DNA of 63,820 nt from an uncultured Clostridia bacterium (GTDB taxonomy: Bacteria > Bacillota > Clostridia > Christensenellales > Borkfalkiaceae): NCBI GenBank assembly GCA_947245485.1, contig CAMXOH010000001.1:1-63820 (forward strand), in the 5' to 3' direction. Positions 8,561-18,325 of this stretch are shown in pieces. How positions within the stretch are numbered: position 1 is the first letter of the stretch; each line of letters begins with the position of its first letter. Made by a program: the position numbers and the translations under genes. The notes beneath the pieces were generated by a model. It did no database searches. It saw only the letters and a list, made by a program, of their open reading frames with translations, and was not told the DNA's origin.

Positions 8561-11254
8561 TTAATCTGTTAAAGTATTGTAGTAAGTTTTAAGTTTGTTC
8601 CAAGCCTGTGTAAGGAATCCGTCAACGGCTTCCATCCCCTCGCCTTTAAGCATATTGATAAATCCTTGCGCGTCGGGTTGAATCAAGAAAGATTCCATAC
8701 CGGTAAGTTTTTCACCTGCTTTTGCATAGCCTTTATACATAACGTCGGTAAGAATATTACCGGATGCGCTTTTGTTAGCGTAGAAGAAGTTTGCATTTGC
8801 CGCATTGCCGTAACCGGAAACGCTCTTATACGTAACGCTCATTGCGTTGATATGCGCGTTGGTGAAAGGAAGCGAGGAAGGAACGAGCGTGTACCACCAG
8901 TTGTTAGTATCGATAGTCTGAACGGTGTGTTTAATCGTTCCGTTTACGTTGGCGATTGCCCAGATATCCGAGCCTATAAGTCCGCACTTAGCCGTACACT
9001 GATATTCGAACCCTTGGTCCTTATTGCCGAAGTTGAGCGCAGAACCGAGGTATTGACGCGCGTAGTTGGTGAAGTTGCCTTCCGCAACAGAGAAGAACAG
9101 AGATTTGCTTTCATCCGTCATTGTGGGAACCATCTTGCCGTTGTAGTACGTGCCGGTATAAAGTTTATTGCCGTAGCAAAGATACTGTCCCTGATACTCT
9201 TCGGTCACATAGTACATTTCGCCGTCGTGCGTTGCCACTATTCCCTGAGTCTTAGCTTCTTCGAACGTAGGACTCGTTACGGGCGTGCCGTACCAAGTAC
9301 CGTATTGAGCATTCTCCTGTTTGCCCTGTTCCCTCGTAACGTTTCCAGCTTCGGAGAAAGGTCCGTAAGTGAGAACCATACTGCCGTCGTTTGAGAACAT
9401 ATAGTCGATTAACGTGAGCACTGCGCCCAGTCTGTCGGGATTGTCTCTGACGTAATCTACGGGAACCGCAAGTCCGCCGTCCTTGACTCCGCGCCAGCTT
9501 TCGGTAAATCTCATAACTTCTTCCGCCGTGCCGTCGCCGTCTACGTCCCATCTCGATACGGGGGTAAGGATGGGCGCGTAGTTATAACCTTCTTCTACGG
9601 TTGTATCTTTAATCGTCAATTCGCCGGAAGCAAGGAAGCCGCCCGTCTTAGTCTGAGTCTGAACGTAGTCGGTAGAACTGTAATACTGAATACCGCTGTT
9701 TGCGCTTTCGTTTGCTATACTGCCGACGCCGTCTTTACCCGCCTGTCCCGTATAGTAGAGACCTTCCTGAGCAAGATAGCTCATATTATTGAGCGCGTCC
9801 CAGTAAGCCTTATCGTTACGCGCGTCCTTTATATCTCCGTTTTTATCGATATACGCATAGAGAGACACATATCTCGAAGTAAGTCCGCGAACGCCGTAAA
9901 GTTCGCCCGCCATGGAAGCTATATCGTAGGTTCTGTTCGTAGTTCCGAGACGGGAACCCAAGAAGTACGCGTTTTCACCCTTTGAAGAAGAACCGAGAAG
10001 CGCGCTCGAACACATAGCCGCTCTGCCGAGCGCAACGTAGAGGTCAACGTCCCAAGCCGCATACGCGCTGTTGAAAACTTCGGAAGCAACAGTATAGAAC
10101 GGCGTGCTTTCGCCCGTTTTGTGGTAGGCTACTTTAATATACTCTTTGAGCACCGTGAGAAGTTGCGCGCCCGTGCAGTTACCGCTTGTAGCGTCTATAA
10201 TCTGATTCTGAATATCGACAATATTGCCGGAAGCGCTCTGGGGCGTTGCCGTAGCGGGAAGCGCCGCTTTAACCGCCGTATAAAGCGCGGACTGGCTGTC
10301 TTTGAGCGCCATAATAACCGCGCCGTAATCTACCGTAAGCTCGACGGTATCGCCTTTTTTAGCTTCTATTACCTGCGACTTGTTATTGCCTACTTCGGGA
10401 GTGCCCGTCAAAGCCGCAGGGTCCGTAACCTTAATCTTATAATTATCGACTGCGGTCTTACCCATAAAGGACTCAACCGAGTGCTTGTTGCCGACTACTG
10501 GTGTTACGCCTTTATTAGCGGCCTTATTCTTTTCCGCCGCTTGGGATGCGAACGTGCCCGTTGCCGCGGAAACGTTATCCGTATCGAGAAGTTTCTCGAC
10601 AATGTCTTTACGCATTAGAATATATTTTTCTATATCGTCGTTACCGTCGAAATAGGGAATCATATACATAGCGCCCGTGGAAGTATTTGCCGTAAGAGAG
10701 AGTCTGACGACGGGATTTGCTTCGAGGAACGCCTTGTAGTTGGGCATATAATCAAGATAATCCGCAATGTTTAGCCATGAACCCGCCGCCGATTCGTTCA
10801 CGATTGTAACGTTGGAAGCTGTAAGCAGACCGTAGCTTGCAAGTCCGTCACTCTGTTTAATTGCGTCTATGTTTTTACTTGCCTCTGTATTACCTTTTGC
10901 AACCCAATCATCGTTGACTTTTATGCCGAGATTGTGCGAAAGCGCCTGCCATGCGGGTTTGAGGTCTTTATCGGTGTACCTGTGTCCCGCAAGAACCATG
11001 TTACTCGCCGTCGAACCGCCTACGTTGCCGATAAGCGTGGTATTATAGGTAATACCCGTTACAGCCGAGTTATAACCCATTGCGGTTTTGACTTCCGTAC
11101 CTTCCGCATAGACGAGCTTGCCGTTCTCATCGACGTTGACTTTCAGTTCGCCCTTCTTGCCGTTGTTCCTATCGCACGCCGCGAACGGTATTGCGATTGA
11201 ACCCGCCATTACGATAGAGACTACCGCAGTGACAATTTTCTTTGTTTTGTTCAT
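8561..11254 (-). CDS. Giant extracellular solute-binding lipoprotein (LplA-like, ABC family 1), 897 aa
   Basis: Signal peptide with lipobox FAAC. LplA-like N-terminal segments (MYMIPYFDGNDD). Adjacent to LplB/LplC-like permease genes. Confidence 0.85.
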   Translation of the reverse strand: MNKTKKIVTAVVSIVMAGSIAIPFAACDRNNGKKGELKVNVDENGKLVYAEGTEVKTAMGYNSAVTGITYNTTLIGNVGGSTASNMVLAGHRYTDKDLKPAWQALSHNLGIKVNDDWVAKGNTEASKNIDAIKQSDGLASYGLLTASNVTIVNESAAGSWLNIADYLDYMPNYKAFLEANPVVRLSLTANTSTGAMYMIPYFDGNDDIEKYILMRKDIVEKLLDTDNVSAATGTFASQAAEKNKAANKGVTPVVGNKHSVESFMGKTAVDNYKIKVTDPAALTGTPEVGNNKSQVIEAKKGDTVELTVDYGAVIMALKDSQSALYTAVKAALPATATPQSASGNIVDIQNQIIDATSGNCTGAQLLTVLKEYIKVAYHKTGESTPFYTVASEVFNSAYAAWDVDLYVALGRAAMCSSALLGSSSKGENAYFLGSRLGTTNRTYDIASMAGELYGVRGLTSRYVSLYAYIDKNGDIKDARNDKAYWDALNNMSYLAQEGLYYTGQAGKDGVGSIANESANSGIQYYSSTDYVQTQTKTGGFLASGELTIKDTTVEEGYNYAPILTPVSRWDVDGDGTAEEVMRFTESWRGVKDGGLAVPVDYVRDNPDRLGAVLTLIDYMFSNDGSMVLTYGPFSEAGNVTREQGKQENAQYGTWYGTPVTSPTFEEAKTQGIVATHDGEMYYVTEEYQGQYLCYGNKLYTGTYYNGKMVPTMTDESKSLFFSVAEGNFTNYARQYLGSALNFGNKDQGFEYQCTAKCGLIGSDIWAIANVNGTIKHTVQTIDTNNWWYTLVPSSLPFTNAHINAMSVTYKSVSGYGNAANANFFYANKSASGNILTDVMYKGYAKAGEKLTGMESFLIQPDAQGFINMLKGEGMEAVDGFLTQAWNKLKTYYNTLTD

Positions 11255-11313
11255 TTTTTTCTCCTTATTATATATTTAATATAATTTCCCGATTTAAAAA
11301 TTCTTTAAGAGAA

Positions 11314-12252
11314 TTACTCTTTTACGCCGCCCATATTTACGCCCTTTGCAAAATATTTCTGTATGAAAGGATAAATAACAAGAATGGGTATCATAGCGAA
11401 AACTACCATAGCGTAAGCTATCGAAGTCGCCTGACCGAGATGAGCTATTTCCGCCGTGTCCGCATTGTATTCGCCCGTAAGCGAAGTGTTTATCTGAATG
11501 AAGTCCCGCATATACACCTGTACGGGCCATGAATAGCTCTGTCCCGCGGCGCCCGTTACTTTATACGCCCAGAAATAGCCGTTCCAACGCGAAATTCCGA
11601 AGAACAGCGCGACGGTTGCGATTGTGGCCCTGCTCATAGGAATATATACTTTCATAAGAATCTGCAATTCGGTTGCGCCGTCTATTCTCGCCGCTTCCTC
11701 TATTTCCGAGGGAACTCCCTCGAAAGAGTTTCTGAGGAGTACTATATTCGTCGCGTTCATACCCATTGCTAAAACTATAAGCCATTTAAGGTCTATATCG
11801 CCCATATTGGTACTGCCCGCGAATATGGTTGCCATTACCCTTCCCGTTGCCTGGTAGTTGAGGAACTGGGGCACGACGCCCGCCGCAAACCACATAGTGA
11901 ACACGAGGAAGAAGTTGAAACCGTGCCTGCCCATAAGTCTTTTCTTCGAAAGGGCGTATGCTCCGAGTATGGAATATATGAGACACCAAATCGTTCCTAT
12001 AAACGTTACGAACAAAGTATTGGAATAGCTCACCCAGAAACTTGCGTTGGAAAGCACGTATTTTGCCGCTTCGATTTGAAGTTTACCCGTTGGCCAAAGC
12101 ACAATCTCGTTGTCTCTTACCGCGTCAAAACCGCTGAACATCGAACTTAATGCGAATAACAGAGGATACACGCAGAGAATTGCGAATATTATAAGGAAGA
12201 AATAAGCTACTATTTTAAATATAAGCTCGCTGACTTCTGTTTTTCTTTTCAT
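11314..12252 (-). CDS. Carbohydrate ABC transporter permease (LplC/MalG-like)
   Basis: 312-aa polytopic ORF with the EAA-type loop EEAARIDGATELQI. Confidence 0.9.
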   Translation of the reverse strand: MKRKTEVSELIFKIVAYFFLIIFAILCVYPLLFALSSMFSGFDAVRDNEIVLWPTGKLQIEAAKYVLSNASFWVSYSNTLFVTFIGTIWCLIYSILGAYALSKKRLMGRHGFNFFLVFTMWFAAGVVPQFLNYQATGRVMATIFAGSTNMGDIDLKWLIVLAMGMNATNIVLLRNSFEGVPSEIEEAARIDGATELQILMKVYIPMSRATIATVALFFGISRWNGYFWAYKVTGAAGQSYSWPVQVYMRDFIQINTSLTGEYNADTAEIAHLGQATSIAYAMVVFAMIPILVIYPFIQKYFAKGVNMGGVKE

Positions 12253-12265
12253 AAGTCTTTACTCC

Positions 12266-13333
12266 TTAATAAAGCGAAACGTCGGACGCTTTTCTCGCTA
12301 TGGCGTTGGAGCCGATTACAAGAATCATACCGATGAGGTTATTCGTCATTTCGCCCGCGATACCGAACGCCTGCGTACTGGGGTCTGTAAGTCCGTTCGC
12401 CCATGTGGATACGACGTTTGCCACTTCGTAGTTGCCGTACGTTGCCGAAGGGCACAGCAGGTAAAGTTTTTCATAGCCTACCGAAAGCAGTCCGCCGATT
12501 TTCATAATGAGCATAATTATGACGGTTGAAAGAATGCTCGGAATAACCACATACCTCATCTGCGCCATCTTGCCCGCGCCGTCGATTTGCGCCGCCTCGT
12601 AAGAAGTCGGCGAAACCGCAATAACCGCGGCGAAGAACACTATCGAATCGTAACCGGCATGTTCCCATATATCCGTTACTATATAAATCGCCCTGAAATA
12701 CTGCGTCGTATAGACAAGTCCGCCGGGAAGCGCGCCGTGTAATACGTCCGAACCCGAAATCGCGCCCAAAAGCTGGGAAATGACGCCCACTTTGCTGTCC
12801 TCGCCGCCGTTCTGGTTGCCGCTGAAAAGCGCGAGAGTAAGCGAAGTTACGATAACGGTCGAGATAAACTTAGGAAGGTATACGCACACCTGAATTACCG
12901 AACGCGTAATATTGGACTTTACTTCGTTGAAGAACAGCGCCAATATTATGGGCATCGGAAATCCGAATAAGAGTCCGTAAAACGCGATTATGAACGTGTT
13001 CCTGAACGCGCGCCAGAATTCCAATGCGCTTGCGCCGAAGAAAATCTCGTTAAAGTTATACAACCCCGCCCAAGGACGCTCCGTCGCAATTTCGTAGTTA
13101 CCGAACCTGAACGCCGCCGTCAGCTCGTACATAGGAAGGTACTTCCAAAGGACGTACACTAAAATCATAGGTACAAGCATCAGATACAGACGCCAATCTT
13201 TTAGTATCGTGAACCCCGTCGTCTTCCATTTGTTCCGCTCTGTTTCGTCCCTTACCTGCTGTTCGGCGGACATTGTATACTGTCCCGTAGCCTCGTCGCG
13301 GATAAGGAAGTCGTCACATTTGAGTTTGAACAT
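12266..13333 (-). CDS. Carbohydrate ABC transporter permease (LplB/MalF-like)
   Basis: 355-aa polytopic ORF with the EAA-type loop YEAAQIDGAGKMAQ. GGAGGA RBS. Confidence 0.9.
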   Translation of the reverse strand: MFKLKCDDFLIRDEATGQYTMSAEQQVRDETERNKWKTTGFTILKDWRLYLMLVPMILVYVLWKYLPMYELTAAFRFGNYEIATERPWAGLYNFNEIFFGASALEFWRAFRNTFIIAFYGLLFGFPMPIILALFFNEVKSNITRSVIQVCVYLPKFISTVIVTSLTLALFSGNQNGGEDSKVGVISQLLGAISGSDVLHGALPGGLVYTTQYFRAIYIVTDIWEHAGYDSIVFFAAVIAVSPTSYEAAQIDGAGKMAQMRYVVIPSILSTVIIMLIMKIGGLLSVGYEKLYLLCPSATYGNYEVANVVSTWANGLTDPSTQAFGIAGEMTNNLIGMILVIGSNAIARKASDVSLY

Positions 13334-13429
13334 TGAAATTTTTCCTCCATATCACTTAACGTAATTAAGCAATTATTTGTAATGCGGTCGCCCGCTTATT
13401 ACCTTTTTTACTATTTAATGATTTTTATT

Positions 13430-13459
13430 AGGTAAGACGCAGTGCAACGCGTCTTACCT
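13430..13459. other. 11-bp stem-loop upstream of the permease genes
   Basis: AGGTAAGACGC (13430-13440) / GCGTCTTACCT (13449-13459), 8-nt loop. There is no clear T-run on either strand. Confidence 0.6.
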
Positions 13460-13464
13460 CCCCT

Positions 13465-13483
13465 TTATCATAGGGTATGATAA
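13465..13483. promoter_or_regulatory. Perfect 8-bp inverted repeat TTATCATA-GGG-TATGATAA (operator-like)
   Basis: Read directly. Located about 130 bp upstream of the permease start at 13333. Confidence 0.35.
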
Positions 13484-13533
13484 ATTTTTCCCTCTGCCGA
13501 GAACTTTTAATCAAATTTCGGCTTTGTTTATTT

Positions 13534-14211
13534 TTAATACAAATCGTTATCTCTTTTATTTAATATGGAAATAGTTTCCTCGTCTATTTCGATGGGTTCG
13601 TCTCCGAACTCGTCGCGCCGACGCTTTTCCTCTCTTTCGCCGTCGAGCCTTCTCAAATAACTTTTCTGGTCCTCGAACATTCCGTCGAGCCGACGCGCGA
13701 TTAAAATTATGACAAGTCCCACTGCAAGAGAGAACGTTTCCCACACCTGCGACATAAGCGCACCGACGAAGTCCTTTCCGAAACATACCGCAACCAACGT
13801 TCGTCCGAGCACCACGCTCGCTTCGCCCGCAACAAGAAACAGCGCGGAGAAGTACCATTTTTTGCGGATACGCTCTTTGCCCGCAAACTTAGTCATTAAA
13901 AGCAGAAGCGCGATAAACGCGTTGCCTATTATATAGACGGCGAACAGCTCGTTGGAGAATCCGTCCGTTCCGAGGTTGAGCAGACAAAACAACAGTCCGT
14001 CGCCGACGGCGAAGAAGATGCTTTGCCAACCCCAACGCATCATAACAAGAAGTACGAGCGGAACCATCGGTGAAAAAGTAAAACTGCCGTTAAAGGAAAT
14101 GAACGAGAAGTGTAAAATCAGCTCGAATACCGCAAGTATTATGGCAAACAGGAACAAATCTGTCAGCCTGTACTGCCGAAATGAAATTAATCTTGAACCG
14201 TTTTTACGCAT
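13534..14211 (-). CDS. Polytopic membrane protein (possibly ECF S-component-like) with charged C-terminal tail
   Basis: 225-aa ORF with about 5 hydrophobic helices and the tail EREEKRRRDEFGDEPIEIDEE. The function is not recognised with confidence. Confidence 0.7.
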   Translation of the reverse strand: MRKNGSRLISFRQYRLTDLFLFAIILAVFELILHFSFISFNGSFTFSPMVPLVLLVMMRWGWQSIFFAVGDGLLFCLLNLGTDGFSNELFAVYIIGNAFIALLLLMTKFAGKERIRKKWYFSALFLVAGEASVVLGRTLVAVCFGKDFVGALMSQVWETFSLAVGLVIILIARRLDGMFEDQKSYLRRLDGEREEKRRRDEFGDEPIEIDEETISILNKRDNDLY

Positions 14212-14244
14212 ATGACTACTTAACGAACATTTTTAATAGGCGAT

Positions 14245-14265
14245 AAATGTCAAAATTTTACATTT
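14245..14265. promoter_or_regulatory. 21-bp near-palindrome AAATGTCAAAATTTTACATTT (operator-like)
   Basis: 18 of 21 positions are self-complementary. It lies just downstream of the predicted -10 of the minus-strand promoter at 14275-14303. Confidence 0.4.
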
Positions 14266-14274
14266 AGCTAAGAT

Positions 14275-14303
14275 ATTATAACATAGCTTTTTTTCAAAAT
14301 CAA
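14275..14303 (-). promoter_or_regulatory. Sigma-70-type promoter candidate for the membrane protein / ABC importer operon
   Basis: Minus strand: TTGATT (14298-14303), 17 nt, TATAAT (14275-14280), with TGT immediately upstream (extended -10). Confidence 0.5.
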
Positions 14304-14314
14304 TACTTTTTTTA

Positions 14315-14343
14315 TTGTTTCACGAAATTTTTTATGATACAAT
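14315..14343 (+). promoter_or_regulatory. Promoter candidate for the pectinesterase gene
   Basis: TTGTTT (14315-14320), 17 nt, TACAAT (14338-14343), preceded by TGA (extended -10). Confidence 0.4.
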
Positions 14344-14400
14344 AATCACACGATTTTCACACTCGGTTTGTTAAAAAACATAAAAAAACGGGGAAAAACT

Positions 14401-15345
14401 ATGAAAAAAATTTACCTTACGCCAAAAAGCAATCTTGAAAATGAAATTAATTCACTAAACGAACCCGCCGAAGTTTATCTTGCGAACGGCGTCTACACGC
14501 AAAAAACAGAAATACGCGCCGACAATATTACTATTATAGGCGAAAACCGCGAACAAACGGTTATTACTTACGGGGATTACGCTAAAAAAATTCATTCGGA
14601 CGGGCAGGAATACAATACGTTCCGCACTTATACCCTCTGCATAACGGGAAACAACGTACGGCTTGAAAATTTAACCGTCGAGAACTCCAATACCCAGCCT
14701 TCCGAAGTCGGGCAGTGTGTCGCGCTGTCGGTGCATTCGAAAAATTTTTACGCAAACAACCTTATTCTGCGCTCCACGCAGGACACGCTGTTCCTCTCGC
14801 CTTTCCCCGATGACTTGGTTGTAAGATACAGAAATTTTCTGCCGCCCCGTCAGCTTTATACCGAGGGAGCAAATTTGCATTTATTTAAAAACTGCCGAAT
14901 CTTCGGAACGGTAGATTTCATTTTCGGCTGTTCGGAAGCGTATTTTAAAAACTGCGATATAATTTCGGTTTACGACAGCAGAATTACGGGATTTGCCGCC
15001 GCGCCCGCGCACCCGCTTGCGGAAGAGTACGCATTCAATTTTATCGGTTGCAACTTTGCGTCCGAGGGCGCCGCGCCCTCAACCGTTTTTCTTGCCAGAC
15101 CTTGGCGCGACTTCGGCAAATGCGCGTTTGTCGAATGCAAACTGGGCAACCATATAAAAGCAGAGCTGTTCGATAAATGGAACGACACCGAAAGAGATAA
15201 GACGGCAAGATTTTGTTATTACGGTTTAGACTGCGCGTTTACTCCCTCTCCCGCCGCCTGGGCAAGGGAACTTACGCACGAACAGGCAAATGCTATTATA
15301 ACGCGTTGCGACTGTAAATTTAACGACAATAACCGTCGATTTTGA
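14401..15345 (+). CDS. Pectinesterase (pectin methylesterase, CE8)
   Basis: CE8 motifs QDTLF, DFIFG and ARPWR. GGGGAAAAACT lies upstream of the ATG at 14401; the ORF-track start at 14368 is a TTG. Confidence 0.9.
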   Translation: MKKIYLTPKSNLENEINSLNEPAEVYLANGVYTQKTEIRADNITIIGENREQTVITYGDYAKKIHSDGQEYNTFRTYTLCITGNNVRLENLTVENSNTQPSEVGQCVALSVHSKNFYANNLILRSTQDTLFLSPFPDDLVVRYRNFLPPRQLYTEGANLHLFKNCRIFGTVDFIFGCSEAYFKNCDIISVYDSRITGFAAAPAHPLAEEYAFNFIGCNFASEGAAPSTVFLARPWRDFGKCAFVECKLGNHIKAELFDKWNDTERDKTARFCYYGLDCAFTPSPAAWARELTHEQANAIITRCDCKFNDNNRRF

Positions 15346-15384
15346 CGAATATGCGGGAATTAAATTAAAATTTCAAATTACGTT

Positions 15385-15425
15385 AAGAACTCCCGCGCGG
15401 ACTCAAAGTCCGCGCGGGAGTTCTT
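15385..15425. terminator. Bidirectional terminator between convergent pectinesterase and uxaC
   Basis: 18-bp stem AAGAACTCCCGCGCGGAC / GTCCGCGCGGGAGTTCTT with a 5-nt loop. Confidence 0.85.
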
Positions 15426-15434
15426 TATGCAATA

Positions 15435-16853
15435 TTAATTATTAAAACCGAAATACTCCGCGGCGTTGTTGTAGCAGACGTCCTCGACGATTTTGCCGAG
15501 CGTTGGCAGCTCTCTCTGCGGATACTGCCCGCTTTCAACCAACCTGCCGAGCATCTGGCACAGCAGCCGTCTGTAATATTCATGGCGGGGGTAAGCGAGA
15601 AAAGAACGGCTGTCCGTGAGCATACCGACGGACTGCGCAACCAAACCGACTTGCATAAGCGTTTCGAGATTTTGGCGCATACCGTCCTGCTGGTCGAGGA
15701 ACCACCACGCAGTGCCGACTTGCACCCTGCCCTTTACTCCCTCTTTCTGGAAGCAACCCGCAAGCACGCTGAGCGCATAGTTGTCGCGCGGGTTAAGGCA
15801 GTAGAGAATTGTTTTGGGAAGATTTCCGTCCCTGTCGAGTTCGCCCAAGAGCGCGGAAAGTTTTTCCATATAAACCGCGTCCTCTATTGCGTCGAAACCG
15901 GTATCGGGTCCGATTTTTTCGAGCATGCTCTTGGAATTATTGCGGAGCGCGCCTATATGATACTGCTGAACCCAACCGTATTTTGCATATTCTTTGCCGA
16001 GGAACAAGAGAACGTATCCCTTGTATTTGTCCTGCTCCTCTTCGGAAACAGACTGTCCTTTTAGTCCTTTGAGGAAAATTTTGTTCGCCTCCTCATACGT
16101 TGCGGGCGCGTAATGCACCACGTCGAGCGCGTGGTCCGAAAGTTTACTGCCCATTCCGTCGAAGAATTTAATTCTCTCCGAGAGCGCGGCGCATAAGTCC
16201 TGTAAAGTTTTAATAGGTTTTTTTACGACGTCGGCAAGCTGTGCAACCCAACTTGCAAACCAGGAAAGTTCTACGTTAATGGCTTTATCGGGTCTGAACG
16301 CGGGGCGAACCTTGACTTTGAGCGACTTGTCTTCGTTCATTTTCTTGTGCCATTCGAGCGAATCCACGGGGTCGTCCGTCGTGCAGACAGTCCTTACGTT
16401 GAACTTGTACATCATTTCTCTCGCAGTCAGCGTTTCGAGAACTTTATTTGCCTTTTCCCATATAACGTCCGCGTTGGAAGGATTGATTATCTCCTCTATA
16501 CCGAAGTATCTGCGCATTTCGAGATGAGACCAGTGATAAAGGGGATTGCCCACAAAGTAAGGCATCGACTCGACGAACTGCATATATTTTTTGTAGTCGT
16601 CGTCGGGGCCCGAAACGGAGTCCTCGCCGTAGCCGCGCGCGCGGAGAGCGCGCCATTTATAGTGGTCCCCGTATCTGTCGCCCGCGCCGAGCCAAACTTC
16701 GGCAAGGTTGCGGAATTTTTTATCTTCATAAATTTCTTTGGGTTGCAGATGACAGTGATAGTCTATAATGGGCATTTTTTCGGCGTGTTCGTGGTAGAGC
16801 GTTTTAGCCGTTTCGGTATCGAGAAGAAAGTCTTTATCCATAAACTCTTTCAT
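15435..16853 (-). CDS. uxaC: Glucuronate isomerase
   Basis: 472 aa. The N-terminus FLLDTETAKTLYHEHAEKMPIIDYHCHL is typical of UxaC. Confidence 0.93.
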   Translation of the reverse strand: MKEFMDKDFLLDTETAKTLYHEHAEKMPIIDYHCHLQPKEIYEDKKFRNLAEVWLGAGDRYGDHYKWRALRARGYGEDSVSGPDDDYKKYMQFVESMPYFVGNPLYHWSHLEMRRYFGIEEIINPSNADVIWEKANKVLETLTAREMMYKFNVRTVCTTDDPVDSLEWHKKMNEDKSLKVKVRPAFRPDKAINVELSWFASWVAQLADVVKKPIKTLQDLCAALSERIKFFDGMGSKLSDHALDVVHYAPATYEEANKIFLKGLKGQSVSEEEQDKYKGYVLLFLGKEYAKYGWVQQYHIGALRNNSKSMLEKIGPDTGFDAIEDAVYMEKLSALLGELDRDGNLPKTILYCLNPRDNYALSVLAGCFQKEGVKGRVQVGTAWWFLDQQDGMRQNLETLMQVGLVAQSVGMLTDSRSFLAYPRHEYYRRLLCQMLGRLVESGQYPQRELPTLGKIVEDVCYNNAAEYFGFNN

Positions 16854-18325
16854 TATAAAGTTACCCCCGTTTTGAAAATAGCTATTTCCTTAGTATGATT
16901 AATCTCGTTTTTGGCGAGCTTGCCGCCTGCTACGGCGACTACCAAATCTATGAGTTTTTCGAGCTGAACGTCGAAGTCCGTATCGAGAACCGCGCCCGCG
17001 TTGAAGTCAATCCAGTTGCTCTTTTTATTGGCAAGTTCGGTATTCGTCGCTATTTTTATAGTCGGAACGAACCCGCCGAAAGGCGTTCCCCTTCCCGTAG
17101 TGAAAAGAACCAAATGACACCCCGCCGCCGCAAGATTGGTGACGGCGCACATATCGTTGCCCGGTCCGTTGAGTAAGTTCAAACCTTTCTGCGTTACGTA
17201 GCAGTCGTCGAAAACAACGTCCTCCACGGGTCCCGAACCCGACTTTTGGGTACAGCCGAGCGATTTGTCTTCAAGCGTGGTTATTCCGCCCGCCTTGTTG
17301 CCGGGGGAAGGGTTTTCGTAAACCGCCTGCCCGTTTCTTCTGAAATAGTCCTTGAAATCGTTTATCAGCTTTACCACTTTATCGAAAGTTTCTTCGTCCT
17401 TGGCGCGGTTCATCAAAAGCTGTTCTGCGCCGAACATTTCGGGAACTTCCGTAAGAACCGAAGTTCCGCCTGCCGCCACTATATAGTCGCTGAATCTTCC
17501 CACAAGCGGATTTGCGGTTATACCCGACAGTCCGTCCGAACCGCCGCACTTTAAGCCGATTTTAAGACATGAAATATCCGCTTCCTCGCGCGTATCGAGT
17601 TGCATGACGTCGGAAATCTGTTTGAGGAGCTGAACGCCCGCCTCGATTTCGTCCTCGGTTTCCTGACAGACGAGAAATTTTACCCTGCTGTGTTCAACCG
17701 CGCCCAAAGTGTCGCGGAAAGCCGACATCTGATTGTTTTCGCAACCGAGTCCGAGCACAAGCACGCCGCCCGCGTTGGGATGGCGAACCATTTTCTGTAA
17801 AATGAGCTTTGTCCTCTCGTGGTCGTCGCCGAGCTGGGAACAGCCGTAAGGATGGGTATACGCGTACACGCCGTCGAAACCTTTCGTGCCGAAACGGTTT
17901 TTGAAAGTTTCCAAAATGAGTTTGGCTTGTCCGTTGACGCACCCGACGGTAGGAATTATCCAAAGTTCGTTTCTTATGCCCACTTCGCCGTTTGCGCGGC
18001 GGTAAACTTTTACCTTGCGCGGCTCAACTTCTGCCAACCGGGTGGGAACTTTATTATACGCGTATTCGAGATTTTCGGAAAGATTTGTTACCGCATTGTG
18101 CGTATGAACGTGCGCGCCTGCGGGAATATCCGCCGCGGCGCGGGCAATGGGATTGCCGTACTTAATTATCTGTTCGCCCTCGGCAATATCGCAGAGCGCG
18201 AATTTGTGCCCCTTTACAACGTCGTTGATTAGTTTCACTCCTTCGTGTTCTTCGCCCTGCATTAAATCTGTAAGAGCGACGGCAACGTTGTCAAGAGCGT
18301 TTATCTTGATTGTTTGTTTAGCCAT
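16853..18325 (-). CDS. uxaA: Altronate dehydratase
   Basis: 490 aa with an N-terminal SAF-like segment and UxaA-like core. 1-nt overlap with uxaC. Confidence 0.9.
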   Translation of the reverse strand: MAKQTIKINALDNVAVALTDLMQGEEHEGVKLINDVVKGHKFALCDIAEGEQIIKYGNPIARAAADIPAGAHVHTHNAVTNLSENLEYAYNKVPTRLAEVEPRKVKVYRRANGEVGIRNELWIIPTVGCVNGQAKLILETFKNRFGTKGFDGVYAYTHPYGCSQLGDDHERTKLILQKMVRHPNAGGVLVLGLGCENNQMSAFRDTLGAVEHSRVKFLVCQETEDEIEAGVQLLKQISDVMQLDTREEADISCLKIGLKCGGSDGLSGITANPLVGRFSDYIVAAGGTSVLTEVPEMFGAEQLLMNRAKDEETFDKVVKLINDFKDYFRRNGQAVYENPSPGNKAGGITTLEDKSLGCTQKSGSGPVEDVVFDDCYVTQKGLNLLNGPGNDMCAVTNLAAAGCHLVLFTTGRGTPFGGFVPTIKIATNTELANKKSNWIDFNAGAVLDTDFDVQLEKLIDLVVAVAGGKLAKNEINHTKEIAIFKTGVTL

